Source of the DNA: Mobula hypostoma
Taxonomy: Eukaryota
Direction of reading: 5' to 3'
Assembly (NCBI RefSeq): GCF_963921235.1
Contig: NC_086097.1
Coordinates: 234,672,001-234,736,000, forward strand
Length of the DNA: 64,000 nucleotides
Shown here piece by piece: positions 63,603-64,000 of this stretch. Under the pieces are notes generated by a model, which did not search any database, was not told the origin of the DNA, and saw only the letters and a program-made list of their open reading frames with translations. Numbering within the stretch: the stretch's first letter is position 1; each line of letters starts with the position of its first letter. Both the position numbers and the translations under genes were made by a program.

Positions 63603-64000
63603 TGTACTTTCTCTGCCACTTTACTCTGCTCTGGACCATGAGGACCATAGGGGCTTATACATCAAGACTGCTGTTTCTTGAATACAGCTTGGCGCTCTAT
63701 GTAATCATTTCATTCAAACACATTATCAAGCACCAACCCCGTCATCCAGTTTTTTTTTTTCCTTTCCCCCCCCTTCACCTGCAACTGGGTCCACTTCTCA
63801 TCACCCTTATTTTGCTCCTTTCCCATTTTCCCTTCATTTCTTATCATAATTTGCAGCTCTTTGTTGCCTCAAGATGTCAACTCCCAGCCTCTCTGCCATC
63901 TCTACTTTTCCCTCCCTCACCTGGCTCAACTGCCAATCAAATTCTCCTCAAATGGGGATTTGTCAGTTGCCAGCTTTTGCCCCACCCTTCATTAAACTGG

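Overview
Vertebrate nuclear DNA, repeat-dense and intergenic or intronic. It is most likely from a cartilaginous fish such as a ray or skate; this is inferred from HE1-like V-SINEs and HER1-like CR1 LINEs with (TTCTATG)n/(TCTTATGG)n tails. I could not support any host protein-coding exon. The long ORFs in the track are transposon-derived or antisense shadows of them. Contents: many CR1 LINEs (one near full length with a zinc-finger/SGNH-esterase ORF1 and an APE-RT ORF2, and one CR1 nested in another), Rex1/Babar-like LINE remnants, tRNA-derived SINEs, three solo LTRs, and Tc1, mariner, Tigger/MER2-like and hAT-like DNA transposon relics. About a dozen Penelope-like element (PLE) remnants are also present, with minimal hammerhead-ribozyme (HHR) motifs in their pseudo-LTRs. 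The most striking signal is a perfect 196-bp zero-spacer palindrome (41779-41974) made of two head-to-head HHR-bearing pLTRs, inside an insertion with a clean 15-bp target-site duplication (TSD). Three older degenerate hairpins fold back at essentially the same point, just upstream of the CUGANGA core. A DNA transposon that closely resembles mammalian MER2 but retains transposase sequence is a horizontal-transfer candidate. Family names come from recalled motifs, not database searches, and boundaries of old elements are approximate.
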